A stretch of 64,000 nucleotides of DNA, from positions 160,001 to 224,000 of the forward strand of contig JAZKFH010000009.1 of assembly GCA_040386535.1 (NCBI GenBank), read 5' to 3'. Below are positions 18,220-27,560 of this stretch, in pieces. This DNA is from Myxococcota bacterium (GTDB taxonomy: Bacteria; Myxococcota_A; UBA796; SXON01). The first letter of the stretch is position 1; every line of letters begins with the position of its first letter. The translations under genes and the position numbers were made by a program. A model generated the notes under the pieces. It was given only the letters and a program-made list of their open reading frames with translations, did not search any database and was not told the DNA's origin.

Positions 18220-18868
18220 GGGGGTGTTCCTGGAGGAAGGCGCGGGTAGCGGGCGCGACGTTTTGTGGCAACACGCGGAGCTGCGCGCGGAGGAACGCGA
18301 GATCACGCGGCTCGTCGATGTCGTACCAGAAGGCGAGCGAAGAGTGGCGCAGGCCGAGAGCCCGCGCGCGCTCGATCGAGGCGGCGTATGTCTCGGTGGA
18401 GGACCACGGGATGTCGTCGAAGATACCGCCGGGGCCCGCTACCGCCGGATCGCGCACGCCAACGAGCACGTAGCCGCCGTCGAACGCGGGGCCGAAGACG
18501 ACGTCGTACTCGAGGAGGAGGTTCGCTGTCCAGGACAGCACCTGCCGCGGGACGGTGGGCGAGTCGGTGCCGACGGCGATCCCGCCGTCCCGCAGGGCGT
18601 GGCGGAGGCGCGCGCCGAGATCGCCGGGGGCCTGGGGCTCGTAGGGCACCGGGATGGTGGAGACCCAGGGATCGTCGAGGTCGCCGTCCAGCGCGACACG
18701 CCAGGGGTTGCCCGACAGCTGGACGGTCGCGAACACGTCCGCCGTCATCGCCCGGCACAACCCCGCCGCGCCCTCGGGGCCGAGGTGGGGGATGAGGCGC
18801 GTCTTCGCCCGGCCCGGGGTGGGGACCTTGGCCATCACCACCACGTTCGCGTACACCGGGTTCATCAT
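18200..18868 (-). CDS. DUF2064/TIGR04282-family glycosyltransferase-like (CofC-like) protein
   Basis: MAKVPTPGRAKTRL, QAPGDLGARL, GTDSP, GPAFDGGYVLVG, IPWSS, YDIDEPRDL. Confidence 0.85.
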   Translation of the reverse strand: MMNPVYANVVVMAKVPTPGRAKTRLIPHLGPEGAAGLCRAMTADVFATVQLSGNPWRVALDGDLDDPWVSTIPVPYEPQAPGDLGARLRHALRDGGIAVGTDSPTVPRQVLSWTANLLLEYDVVFGPAFDGGYVLVGVRDPAVAGPGGIFDDIPWSSTETYAASIERARALGLRHSSLAFWYDIDEPRDLAFLRAQLRVLPQNVAPATRAFLQEHPHAAPHR

Positions 18869-19533
18869 CGATACTTCCAGCACGCCCACAGGATCTTCGC
18901 GCCCGCGCGCGCCACGCCCTTGACCGTGCCGCTGATCTTGCTCGTACCGATGCGGGTTCGGTAGCGCACGGGCACCTCGAGCACCCGGACGCCCGATCGT
19001 AGCGCCTTGAGCTGCATCTCGACGTTCCAGCCCCACGTCGGATCACCCATGTCCAGGTCCATCAGCGCGCCCCAGCGGATGGCGCGCAGCGGTCCCATGT
19101 CGCGGTAGCGGTGCCCGGTCTGCGCGTGGATGATCGCGGTGGCGAGCCGGTTGCCGAACTTCTGCGGCACGGTGAGCGCGTCGGGGTCGCCCAGGGTCAG
19201 GCGCTCGCCGATGACGAGATCGGCGCGGCCCTCGCGCACGGGGCCGAGGATCACCGCGAGATCCTCGACCCAGATGGAGTGGTCGCCGTCCAGGACCACG
19301 ACGACGTCGGGCGGATCGGCCTTGAGGAGCGCGATGCCGGCGAGCACGGCGGCGCCGTAGCCACGCGTCGGCTCGGACACGACCTCGGCCCCCAGCTCCC
19401 GCGCGATGTCCGCGCTGCCGTCGGTCGACCCGTTGTCGCACACGATGACCCGGTACTGGGGCGGCAATTCCCCGAGCACGACCGGGAGGGCCAGCGCTTC
19501 GTCGAGCACGGGGATGAGCAGGGCGGTGCGCAA
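18865..19533 (-). CDS. Glycosyltransferase family 2 (DPM1-like)
   Basis: IPVLDE, DNGSTDGS, RGYGAA, LDGDHS, DMGPLRAI, GWNVEMQ, SKISGT. Confidence 0.9.
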   Translation of the reverse strand: MRTALLIPVLDEALALPVVLGELPPQYRVIVCDNGSTDGSADIARELGAEVVSEPTRGYGAAVLAGIALLKADPPDVVVVLDGDHSIWVEDLAVILGPVREGRADLVIGERLTLGDPDALTVPQKFGNRLATAIIHAQTGHRYRDMGPLRAIRWGALMDLDMGDPTWGWNVEMQLKALRSGVRVLEVPVRYRTRIGTSKISGTVKGVARAGAKILWACWKYR

Positions 19534-19667
19534 GCGCGGCCCACTAATTCGCGGCGGAGGCCGGCGCGTCGGTGTCCTCCGCTGCCGTCTCCGCTGGTGT
19601 TCGCCGCGGGGGTCCGGCCGGATGCTCGCGGGTACGATAGGGGTTGCCGTCGCGCCAGGGTGCCGCC

Positions 19668-21875
19668 GTGCTCGCGTCCTTCCTTCAGCTCCTCTGCTTC
19701 CTCGTCGGCTCCGCGTACGCCGCGCCGGCTGACAGTCCCTATCGAATCGAGGTCGCCGACATCACCGTCGCGCCCGGCGGTACGGGCACGCTCCGGGTCA
19801 TCTTCGCCGTGCCGGACGGGTTCCACACCTACCGGGACTGGGTCGACGTGGCGATCACCGACCCCGCCGGGCTCACCATCGGGGCGCCGTCGTACCCGAG
19901 CGGGATGATGAAGGACGATCCGGCGGCGCCGGGCACCCTTCGGGAAACGTACGAGTCCGACGTCTACGTCGACCTCGTGGTGACCGCCCCGGCCACGCCC
20001 GGCAAGTTCACCGTGGGCCTGCACGCCCGGTACCAGGGCTGCAAGAAGGCCCTCTGCTACATGCCGTTCGAGGACGACTACACCGCCGTCGTCACGGTCG
20101 AAGGCGCGCCGGTCGCTCCCAGCGCCACCGGCGCGGCCGTTCCCGCGGGTGGGGATGCGGCGGCGCTCGACGTGAACTTCACGGGCAAGGCCGGCGCCCC
20201 CAACGAGGCGCGCATCGCGCTCGACCTGCGGGGTGACTGGCACGTCAACAAGGCGTTCATCGCCTTCGCCCTGGTCGACGCGGGCGCCTACACCCTCGGC
20301 GAGCCCGTGCTCCCCGCCGGCGAGAAGAGCGGCGATGCCGCCACGTTCTCCGAGCGCGAGGACTACGTCCACGATCTCGACCTCGTCGTGCCGATCAGCG
20401 GCCCGCCCGGGCCCGCCACGGTCAAGGTCGAGGTCGCCTTCCAGGCCTGCAAGGGCGCCTCGCTCTGCAAGATGCCGGAGACGATGATTGTCGACGTGCC
20501 CGTCGTCATCGACCCGTCGGCCCCCCCGGGCGGCTCCGCGTCGACCGGCGCCTCCGCGTCCACGGGCACCCCCGCAAACGGCTCCGTCGCGACCGCCTCC
20601 ACGGGCGGCGGCGCGGGCTTCGCGGCGGCCCAGGAGAAGGGCGTCGGGGCGCTCATCCTCCTCTGCTTCCTCGCCGGCATCGGCGTCAGCTTCACCCCCT
20701 GCGTGCTCCCGATGGTCCCCATCACGATGGGCCTCATCGGCGCGAAGGGCGCGGGCAGCCGGGCCAAGGCGTTCTCACTCTCGGCCACCTACGTGCTCGG
20801 CCTCGCCGCGGTCTACACCGCGCTCGGCGTCTCCGCTGGCGTCACCGGCATGCTGTTCGGGAGCTGGCTCCAGTCGCAGCTGATCGTGTTCTCCATCTCC
20901 GCGTTCTTCGTGGTGATGGGCATCTCGATGTTCGGCTTCTTCGACGTGGGCGTGCCGAGCTTCCTGGCGAGCCGCCTGCAGGGCAAGGCCGGCGGCGGCT
21001 ACGGCGGCGCGCTCGGGCTCGGCGTCATCGGCGCGATCCTCGCCGGGCCGTGCTCGGGCCCCGTGGTCGCCAGCATCCTCGCGCTCATCGGCACCGAAGG
21101 CGACCTGCCGTTCGGCGCGATGCTGATGTTCGCGTTCTCGCTCGGCATGGGGATGATCTTCCTCGTCACCGGCGCGGCGAGCGGCTGGCTCCCGAGCCGC
21201 GGCGCGTGGATGGTCACCGTCAAGAAGGGCTTCGGCATCGTGCTCTGGCTCGGCGCCATCTACTACGCGGCCGCGCACCTCTCCCCGACCGTGACCGCGC
21301 TGGCGACCTCCGCGGTGCTCCTCGTCACCGCCGTCTTCGGCTGGCCGCACCCCGATGACGGCGAGGGCCCCTTCACCGTCTCGCTGCGCCGCCTCTACGG
21401 CATCGTCGGCGGGCTCGTAGGCGCGTACCTGCTCCTCGGCACGCTGGTGAAGGACGGTTTCATCCTCCCCCCGGTTTCTCTCGCTTCGGCGGGGGGCGGC
21501 GCGGCGCAGGCCCAACCCGGCATCAACTGGGTGCGTACGGAGGCCGAGGCGCTGGAACTTGCGAAGAGCACGGGGAAGCCCGTCATGATCGATTTCACCG
21601 CCGAGTGGTGCGCCGCGTGCCACGAGATGGAGAAGTACACCTACACGGACGCGCGGGTCATCGCCGCCGCCGAGGGGTTCGTCCCCGCGATGCTCGATTG
21701 CACCAAGAGCGGGGACCCCGTCGTGGACGCCGTTCAGAAGAAGTACGGCGTCACCGGCCTGCCGACCGTCGTGTTCGTGATGCCTGACGGGCGGCGATTG
21801 GGTGGTACGGTGGGGTTCGTGGAGGCGGAGGACTTCGTGAAGGAGATGCAGGCCGCGTTGGAGGCGAAGGGATGA
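19668..21875 (+). CDS. dsbD: Thiol:disulfide interchange protein DsbD with duplicated N-terminal domain
   Basis: Two N-domain Cys pairs (QGCKKALC, QACKGASLC); TM domain FTPCVLPM and AGPCSGP; thioredoxin DFTAEWCAAC. Confidence 0.88.
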   Translation: MLASFLQLLCFLVGSAYAAPADSPYRIEVADITVAPGGTGTLRVIFAVPDGFHTYRDWVDVAITDPAGLTIGAPSYPSGMMKDDPAAPGTLRETYESDVYVDLVVTAPATPGKFTVGLHARYQGCKKALCYMPFEDDYTAVVTVEGAPVAPSATGAAVPAGGDAAALDVNFTGKAGAPNEARIALDLRGDWHVNKAFIAFALVDAGAYTLGEPVLPAGEKSGDAATFSEREDYVHDLDLVVPISGPPGPATVKVEVAFQACKGASLCKMPETMIVDVPVVIDPSAPPGGSASTGASASTGTPANGSVATASTGGGAGFAAAQEKGVGALILLCFLAGIGVSFTPCVLPMVPITMGLIGAKGAGSRAKAFSLSATYVLGLAAVYTALGVSAGVTGMLFGSWLQSQLIVFSISAFFVVMGISMFGFFDVGVPSFLASRLQGKAGGGYGGALGLGVIGAILAGPCSGPVVASILALIGTEGDLPFGAMLMFAFSLGMGMIFLVTGAASGWLPSRGAWMVTVKKGFGIVLWLGAIYYAAAHLSPTVTALATSAVLLVTAVFGWPHPDDGEGPFTVSLRRLYGIVGGLVGAYLLLGTLVKDGFILPPVSLASAGGGAAQAQPGINWVRTEAEALELAKSTGKPVMIDFTAEWCAACHEMEKYTYTDARVIAAAEGFVPAMLDCTKSGDPVVDAVQKKYGVTGLPTVVFVMPDGRRLGGTVGFVEAEDFVKEMQAALEAKG

Positions 21876-22204
21876 AGACCAAGCTCAAGGACCTGATGGA
21901 GCTGTACGGGCGGCTCGGGATCACCATCTACGTGGTCCTCTGCCTGCTCACGTTCGGCTTCGCGTACATGCTCCTGCGGTTCGGCCTCCAGGATCAGCTG
22001 CCCGCCTGGATCGTGGAGTACCTGCCCGCCGACGGCACGACGTTCCTCGGCGCCTACGCGCTCTACAAGGCCATGCAGGTGCCGCGCATCGCGTTCGCGG
22101 TCCTGGTGACCCCGATCATCGCCCGGTGGCTCGGGCACGTGCCCGCCGCTCCGGCCGAGCCAGCGCCCTCGACCGAACAAGCGACCACGGCCGAGTCCGC
22201 CTGA
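21872..22204 (+). CDS. Small membrane protein, DUF1279/FAM210-like
   Basis: YGRLGITIY...AYALYKAMQVPRIAFAVLVTPIIARW; ATGA overlap with dsbD. Confidence 0.65.
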   Translation: MKTKLKDLMELYGRLGITIYVVLCLLTFGFAYMLLRFGLQDQLPAWIVEYLPADGTTFLGAYALYKAMQVPRIAFAVLVTPIIARWLGHVPAAPAEPAPSTEQATTAESA

Positions 22205-22638
22205 TGCCCCCGCCCCGGCGCGCCCCGTTTGGGTTCGCCGGGCTGGTCGCGTGCCTCTCCCCGCTCGCCGCGGGGTGTTCGAGCGACGAGAAGGACGAGT
22301 GGGAGTGCATCGGCCCCGTCGTCGAGGTGATGAAGTGGCGCGACGAGCGGGAGGCCGCCCGCCTGCTCCGCGGGGAGGTCGTCACGCCCGCCGAGCTCGC
22401 GCGGCTGGAGCGGGAGCGCGTCGAGGCGGCCGTCTTGGCGCTCACCCCGCGACGCGCGGCGTGCGAGCTGACCTGGAGCGTCATGATGCACGTGCCCGCG
22501 GACAACCCGGGGCTGCGCCTGCGTGAAGAGGCGCTCCTCCGGGTGCTGGAGCTCCCCCCGCGCGACTACCCGGCGAACGCGGTGGGGTGGGCGGGCGTGA
22601 CGACCGCGGGCCACACGCCGATGGCCCAAGAACGATAG
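22204..22638 (+). CDS. Hypothetical lipoprotein
   Basis: TGATG overlap with the upstream stop; LAAGC lipobox. Confidence 0.55.
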   Translation: MPPPRRAPFGFAGLVACLSPLAAGCSSDEKDEWECIGPVVEVMKWRDEREAARLLRGEVVTPAELARLERERVEAAVLALTPRRAACELTWSVMMHVPADNPGLRLREEALLRVLELPPRDYPANAVGWAGVTTAGHTPMAQER

Positions 22639-22666
22639 GCGGCGGTTTCTGATCGAGGAGGGGCGG

Positions 22667-23512
22667 ATGGATACACAACCCGGGGGCCGATTCGTGTCGG
22701 CGCTGGCGTGCGAAGGCCGAGTGCGCGTGATGGCCGTGGTGGCGGTAGGCCCCGCCGAAGAGCTGAGGCAGCGCCACGGACTCAAGTCGATGGCGGCGAT
22801 CCTGGGGGCCGAGGGCCTGATCGCCTCGCTCCTGCTCTCCGCCCACGTCAAGGGTGAGGAGCGCCTGACGATCAACGTGCGGTGCGAGCGCCCCCCGTTC
22901 GCGTTCCTGGCGGACGTCAACGGCGACGGCACGCTCCGCGCTCGCTTCACCCCGGAGCTGCTGCACTCCAACCGGGCGTTCTCGGGGATGATGTCGGTGC
23001 TCAAGTCGCTCGGCCCGAAGGAGCTCTACAAGGGCGTTGCCGAGGTCAAGAGCGAGAAGTTCGAGGGCGCGCTCCAGCGCTACCTGACGACCTCGCAGCA
23101 GGTCGACGGGCGCGTGCGCATCCACGCCGAGCTCGACGCCGACGGCGCGGTGGCCTTCGCGGCGGGCCTGCTCGTGGAGCGGCTCCCCGACATGCCGCGG
23201 GAGGAGTTCGAGGCCCTCTTCGACAGCTCGCTCCAGGGCGACTTCAAGGAGCTGATGACCCAGTTCGCCTTCGGGCAGCTCGTCGGCGCTCCGATCGAGG
23301 TGCTCGGCGCGATCGACGTGCGCTACCAGTGCACCTGCTCCCAGGACCGGGTGGTGGGGGTGCTCCGGGCGCTCGGGCAGGGCGAGATCGCGTCGATGCT
23401 GGCCGAGCAGGGCCAGGCCGAGGTCATCTGCCACTACTGCAACGAGCGCTACGAGGTCGACGCCGAGGGCCTCAGCGCGCTGTTGTTGGAGATGGGCGGG
23501 CCGCCGGTCTGA
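22667..23512 (+). CDS. hslO: Redox-regulated chaperone Hsp33
   Basis: YLTTSQQV, AAGLLVERLP and the C-terminal Zn motif CTCS...CHYC. Confidence 0.88.
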   Translation: MDTQPGGRFVSALACEGRVRVMAVVAVGPAEELRQRHGLKSMAAILGAEGLIASLLLSAHVKGEERLTINVRCERPPFAFLADVNGDGTLRARFTPELLHSNRAFSGMMSVLKSLGPKELYKGVAEVKSEKFEGALQRYLTTSQQVDGRVRIHAELDADGAVAFAAGLLVERLPDMPREEFEALFDSSLQGDFKELMTQFAFGQLVGAPIEVLGAIDVRYQCTCSQDRVVGVLRALGQGEIASMLAEQGQAEVICHYCNERYEVDAEGLSALLLEMGGPPV

Positions 23513-23548
23513 CCTGCCCCGGTGGCGCACGTCGAAGGCGCCCGGTTC

Positions 23549-24187
23549 TCACCCGTCGAGGTGGGTCGCGTCGTCGAAGGTCAGGATGTGCGGTGTCCCG
23601 TCGAGCGCGAGCGTGGTGACGCCCGTGTTCCGATGCATGAATGTTCGGAACGTGGAGAGCGGCGCGCCGGAGTGGTGGCACACGACGGTGGCGAGCACGA
23701 GCTGGTGGGTGACGACGGCCACGGTCTCGCCGGGGGCGACGGTGGCCGCGATGCGAGCGATGGCCTCGAGCCCGCGCGCCTGCACGTCCGCGAGGACCTC
23801 CCCGCCGGGGAGCCGCACGGCGTGGGGCTGATCGCGCCACGCCACCACCAGGTCGGGGTATCGCTGCGCGAAGAGGGATGCGGAGAGCCCCTCGAGCTCG
23901 CCCATGTCCATCTCGACGAGCCCGGGCTCGGGCTGGGCCACGCCGAGCGGGGCGGCGGTCTGGCGGGCGCGCGCCAACGGGCTGGTCCACACCGCCGCGA
24001 TCGGGGTGCCGGCGAAGCGGCGGCCGAGGCGCGCGGCCTGGTCGAGCCCGACGGCGTCGAGCGGCAGATCGGTGCGGCCAAGGAACCGACGCTCGACGTT
24101 CCAGGCGGTCTGCCCGTGGCGGATGAGCAGGAGGCGCCCCGCGTGGGCGGGCGGGGTCTGCAAAGATGCTGTCAGGGTGGTGTCCAT
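23549..24187 (-). CDS. Histidine phosphatase family protein
   Basis: LLIRHGQTAWN, SPLARARQTA, EMDMGELEG, PGGE, VVTHQ. Confidence 0.88.
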   Translation of the reverse strand: MDTTLTASLQTPPAHAGRLLLIRHGQTAWNVERRFLGRTDLPLDAVGLDQAARLGRRFAGTPIAAVWTSPLARARQTAAPLGVAQPEPGLVEMDMGELEGLSASLFAQRYPDLVVAWRDQPHAVRLPGGEVLADVQARGLEAIARIAATVAPGETVAVVTHQLVLATVVCHHSGAPLSTFRTFMHRNTGVTTLALDGTPHILTFDDATHLDG

Positions 24188-24249
24188 CCCGTCGAACGGT
24201 GCCCGCCCGGCTATCATTCGCGCGCCGGCGCTGGCCGGTTGGAGAGTGG

Positions 24250-25524
24250 ATGAGCGCGACGAAGAAGGAATACGACCCCCTATCGGGCATGTTCGGCGGC
24301 CCGGGCGGGAGTGCACCGGGCGCGAATGGCTCCGGCGGTGCCCGGCCGGGACGGCCGCTGCCCGACGTGAGCGACGAGACGCCGAAGGGTTCGTCCGCCG
24401 ACGCCCCCGAGCCGCGGCTCGCGCAGGTGGCCAAGCCGGCGCCTCCCCCCGCGCCCGCACCCGCGCCGGGGCCCGACCCGCGGCAGCTCGCCAAGATCCT
24501 CGCCAAGGCCGCCGCCGCGAAGGCGGGCGCCCCCTCGCGCCCCGCTCCCGCGCCGGACGCGCCGGCGGTCGCTTCGGAGCGCCCCGCGGCGCCGGCGAAC
24601 CGCCTCGGCTCGCTCCCGGCGCCCGTCGCCGCTCCGGCCCCCGTCGCCCCGCCCAGCCGCCTCGGCGCGCTCGCGGCGCCGCCGCCCAGGCGCTCGCTCT
24701 CCGCCACGGAGGCCCTCGAGGCCGCCCGCGTCGCGGAGACCGCCCGCGCCTCCGAGGCCGCCCGTCCCGCCGTCGCCGCGCCTCCGGTGGCCGCGCCGCC
24801 CGTCGCCCCCCCCGTCGCGGCGCTCCCGTCCGCCGGGCCTCCGGGCCGCCTCGTGGCCTCGCCCGCCGGCGCGGTCAAGCCCGCCGCGGCCCCCGTGGCC
24901 GCGCCGCCCCCCGTCGCGCCTCCCGCGGCGCCCGTCATCCCGCCGCGCCCCGCGGCGGGGCGCCTCGGCGCGCTCCCGGCGCCCGCGGCCGCACCGGCGC
25001 CCACCCCCGCGGCCCCGGCCGGCCGCCTCGGCGCCCTCGGCGCGCCGCCTCCGAAGCGCACCCTCTCCGCGACCGAGGCCCTCGAGGCCGCGCGGATCGC
25101 CGAGACCGCGCGCGCCACCGAGGCCGCCCGCCCCGCGCCGCCGCCGCCGGCCGCGGCGCCCGCCGCGCCCGTCGTCGCGCCCGCCACCCCGGTCGAGGGC
25201 CTCACCGACAACGCCCAGGCCTTCATCCGGGCGGCCCTCCCGGGCTCCCCGCTCTACGTGGCGTCCGCGGTGCTCGTGGACGATCGCGGCGTGCAGCTCC
25301 CCCTCTGGAAGAGCCACCGCGCGCGGCTCCTCGCGGCGAACGACGTCCGCACCGCCCTCGTCGCGGCGACCGTGGTGCACGCCCTCGGCGCGGTGCCGCG
25401 CGGCCAGCTCCTCGCGGCCCTCGTGGTCCGTGACGGCGGCGACCTGCTCGTGTGGTTCGACCTGCGCGATGCCCGGGTCGTGGCGGCGCTGGATCGCGGC
25501 CGGGAGTGGGGCGTCTCGTTCTGA
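24250..25524 (+). CDS. Pro/Ala-rich protein with internal duplication and a folded C-terminal domain
   Basis: Starts MSATKKEYDPLSGMF after GGAG; two copies of RLGxLPAP...LSATEALEAARxAETARAxEAARPA. Confidence 0.7.
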   Translation: MSATKKEYDPLSGMFGGPGGSAPGANGSGGARPGRPLPDVSDETPKGSSADAPEPRLAQVAKPAPPPAPAPAPGPDPRQLAKILAKAAAAKAGAPSRPAPAPDAPAVASERPAAPANRLGSLPAPVAAPAPVAPPSRLGALAAPPPRRSLSATEALEAARVAETARASEAARPAVAAPPVAAPPVAPPVAALPSAGPPGRLVASPAGAVKPAAAPVAAPPPVAPPAAPVIPPRPAAGRLGALPAPAAAPAPTPAAPAGRLGALGAPPPKRTLSATEALEAARIAETARATEAARPAPPPPAAAPAAPVVAPATPVEGLTDNAQAFIRAALPGSPLYVASAVLVDDRGVQLPLWKSHRARLLAANDVRTALVAATVVHALGAVPRGQLLAALVVRDGGDLLVWFDLRDARVVAALDRGREWGVSF

Positions 25525-25569
25525 GGGCCTGAACCGTGCACGTGGCCGTGGAAGCGGCCGCGCGCTGCT

Positions 25570-26664
25570 TCAGTCGAGCATCGCCCGCTCGCGCAACGTG
25601 GTGCCGCGCGGCACCCACCGGGCGAGGCGCGCACCGATCACCAGCGGCGCGGCGCGCAAGGCGTCTCCGTCCCGGCTGCCGGTGAGCAGGTGGGCCAACC
25701 GCAGCTCGTCGATGACGGCGGTGACGGCCTCGTGGAGCGCCGGGAGCCCACGCGCCTGGGCCTGGAGGAACGGCCGCGCGATGCCCGCGCAGGTGGCGCC
25801 GAGCGCGATCGCCTTGGCGGCCGCGAGCCCGTCCGACACGCCGCCCGTCGCGATGATGCCGAGCCCCAGGTCCGTCAGCTGCGCCACGGAGGCCGCAGTG
25901 GGGATGCCCCAGTCCCAGTAGCGCTCGCCGAGCGCGCGTTGCCCGGCCGCGGCGCGCCGCGCCTCCACCCCCACCCAGGAGGTACCCCCCGCGCCGCTCA
26001 CGTCGACCCAGCGCACGCCCACGCCGACGAGGCGCTCGGCTACGCGGCGGGAGAGGCCGCACCCGGTCTCCTTGACGATGACCGGCTGGCGCAGCTCGGC
26101 CACCAGGCGCCGGATGGCCTCCAGGCCGCCACGGAAGTCCTGGTCGCCCTCGGGCTGGACCACCTCCATCGCGGGGTTCAGGTGCACGCACAGGGCGTCG
26201 GCGCCGCACGCGTCGAGCATGTCGGCCAGGGCCCTGGTGGTCGTCTCCCGGGCCTGCACGACGCCGATGTTGCCGAAGATGGGCGCCGTGGGCGCCACGT
26301 CCCGCACGAAGTACCCGTCGCGGATGCCGCGCGTGAGCAGGGGGCGCTGCGAGCCGAAGCAGAGCCCCACGCCGAGCGCCTCGGCCACCGTGGCGAGGTC
26401 ACGGTTGATGGCCTCGGCCTTGACGGTGCCGCCGGTCATCGCGGCGATGAAGAGTGGCGCGCGGAGGCGCTTGCCGGCGAACGAGCACGAGAGGTCGATC
26501 TCGTCGAGGGCGAGCTCGGGGAGCGCGTCGTGGACGAGCTCGACATCCTCGAACAGCGTCGTCTTGGCGTGGAAGCCCACGTCGTCGGAGACGCAGAGCG
26601 CGATGTGATCGGCCTTGCGAGCGGCGATGTCGGGGACGCCCGGCGAGGGCTTGGTGTCGGGCAT
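25570..26664 (-). CDS. fni: Type 2 isopentenyl-diphosphate delta-isomerase
   Basis: RKADHI, AMTGG, GSQR, HLNPAMEVVQPEGD, VKETGCG, GAGGTSW, WGIPT. Confidence 0.93.
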   Translation of the reverse strand: MPDTKPSPGVPDIAARKADHIALCVSDDVGFHAKTTLFEDVELVHDALPELALDEIDLSCSFAGKRLRAPLFIAAMTGGTVKAEAINRDLATVAEALGVGLCFGSQRPLLTRGIRDGYFVRDVAPTAPIFGNIGVVQARETTTRALADMLDACGADALCVHLNPAMEVVQPEGDQDFRGGLEAIRRLVAELRQPVIVKETGCGLSRRVAERLVGVGVRWVDVSGAGGTSWVGVEARRAAAGQRALGERYWDWGIPTAASVAQLTDLGLGIIATGGVSDGLAAAKAIALGATCAGIARPFLQAQARGLPALHEAVTAVIDELRLAHLLTGSRDGDALRAAPLVIGARLARWVPRGTTLRERAMLD

Positions 26665-26668
26665 CCGT

Positions 26669-27544
26669 TCACGCCTCCTGGCGCGGGGGAGGGAGGGCGT
26701 CGGCGATGGCGCTCCGGGCCCCGGGGTAGGCGCCGGTGGCGATGGAGACGGCCAGCGGCGCGAACCCCTCGGCGGCGACGGCCGAGCCGAAACGCTCGCG
26801 GGCCTCGGGGTCCGGCAGGAAGACGACGGCCATGTCGCCCCCGCCGGCGCCGCTCGGCTTGGCCGCGCCCCCGACCGACGCCGCCAGGGTGGTGATGCGC
26901 GCATGGGCGGGCGTGTCGTAGGCAATCCCGGCGTCTTGCGCCATCGCCCGGAGGAGCAGATAGGCCTCCCGGATCACGGTGATGGGATCCTTCTCGAACG
27001 CGTCCACCAGGGACCGCGACGCGGCGACGAAGGACGCGCGGCTGGTCCAGGCGAGGTACTGCGCCAGCCGCGGGCCGGTCTGGGCGCTCGTGCCGGACCA
27101 CACCGCCAGCAAGGTCGGACAGGCCACCTCCGCCCCGTCGGGGAACCGGCGCACGCCACCGAGGAGCGACGCGAACACGTCCACGCCGCTGCCTCCCCCC
27201 TGCACTTCGGCGTGGGCCTCGTAGGCGCGCCGGGCGGGCAACCCGGCCGCCATCGCCGCGGCCACGACCGCCGCGGCCGAGCCGCCGAACCCGGGCTTGT
27301 CGCCGCCGCGCGCGAAGATCCGCCGGTCGACCGGGTTCCAGTCGGAGAAGGTGTACGTGGCGGCCGGCGCCCCCACGAGCGCGGCGCGGACGAAGCGATC
27401 GTCGCCCGGGGTGACGATCTCGTCTCCTGGCGTCACGACGCAGCGGACCCCACGGTCGACCGCGGCGACGATGGCGCCGGCGCCGTCGAGCACCGCGTAC
27501 TCTCCGACGAGCACGAGCTTTCCGGGCGCGAGGATGGTCTTCAT
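26669..27544 (-). CDS. Phosphomevalonate kinase (GHMP family)
   Basis: APGKLVLVGEYAVL, KPGFGGSAA, GSGVDV, KPSGAGGGD; operon context. Confidence 0.8.
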   Translation of the reverse strand: MKTILAPGKLVLVGEYAVLDGAGAIVAAVDRGVRCVVTPGDEIVTPGDDRFVRAALVGAPAATYTFSDWNPVDRRIFARGGDKPGFGGSAAAVVAAAMAAGLPARRAYEAHAEVQGGGSGVDVFASLLGGVRRFPDGAEVACPTLLAVWSGTSAQTGPRLAQYLAWTSRASFVAASRSLVDAFEKDPITVIREAYLLLRAMAQDAGIAYDTPAHARITTLAASVGGAAKPSGAGGGDMAVVFLPDPEARERFGSAVAAEGFAPLAVSIATGAYPGARSAIADALPPPRQEA

Positions 27545-27560
27545 TCGCAGGGTTCTCCGG

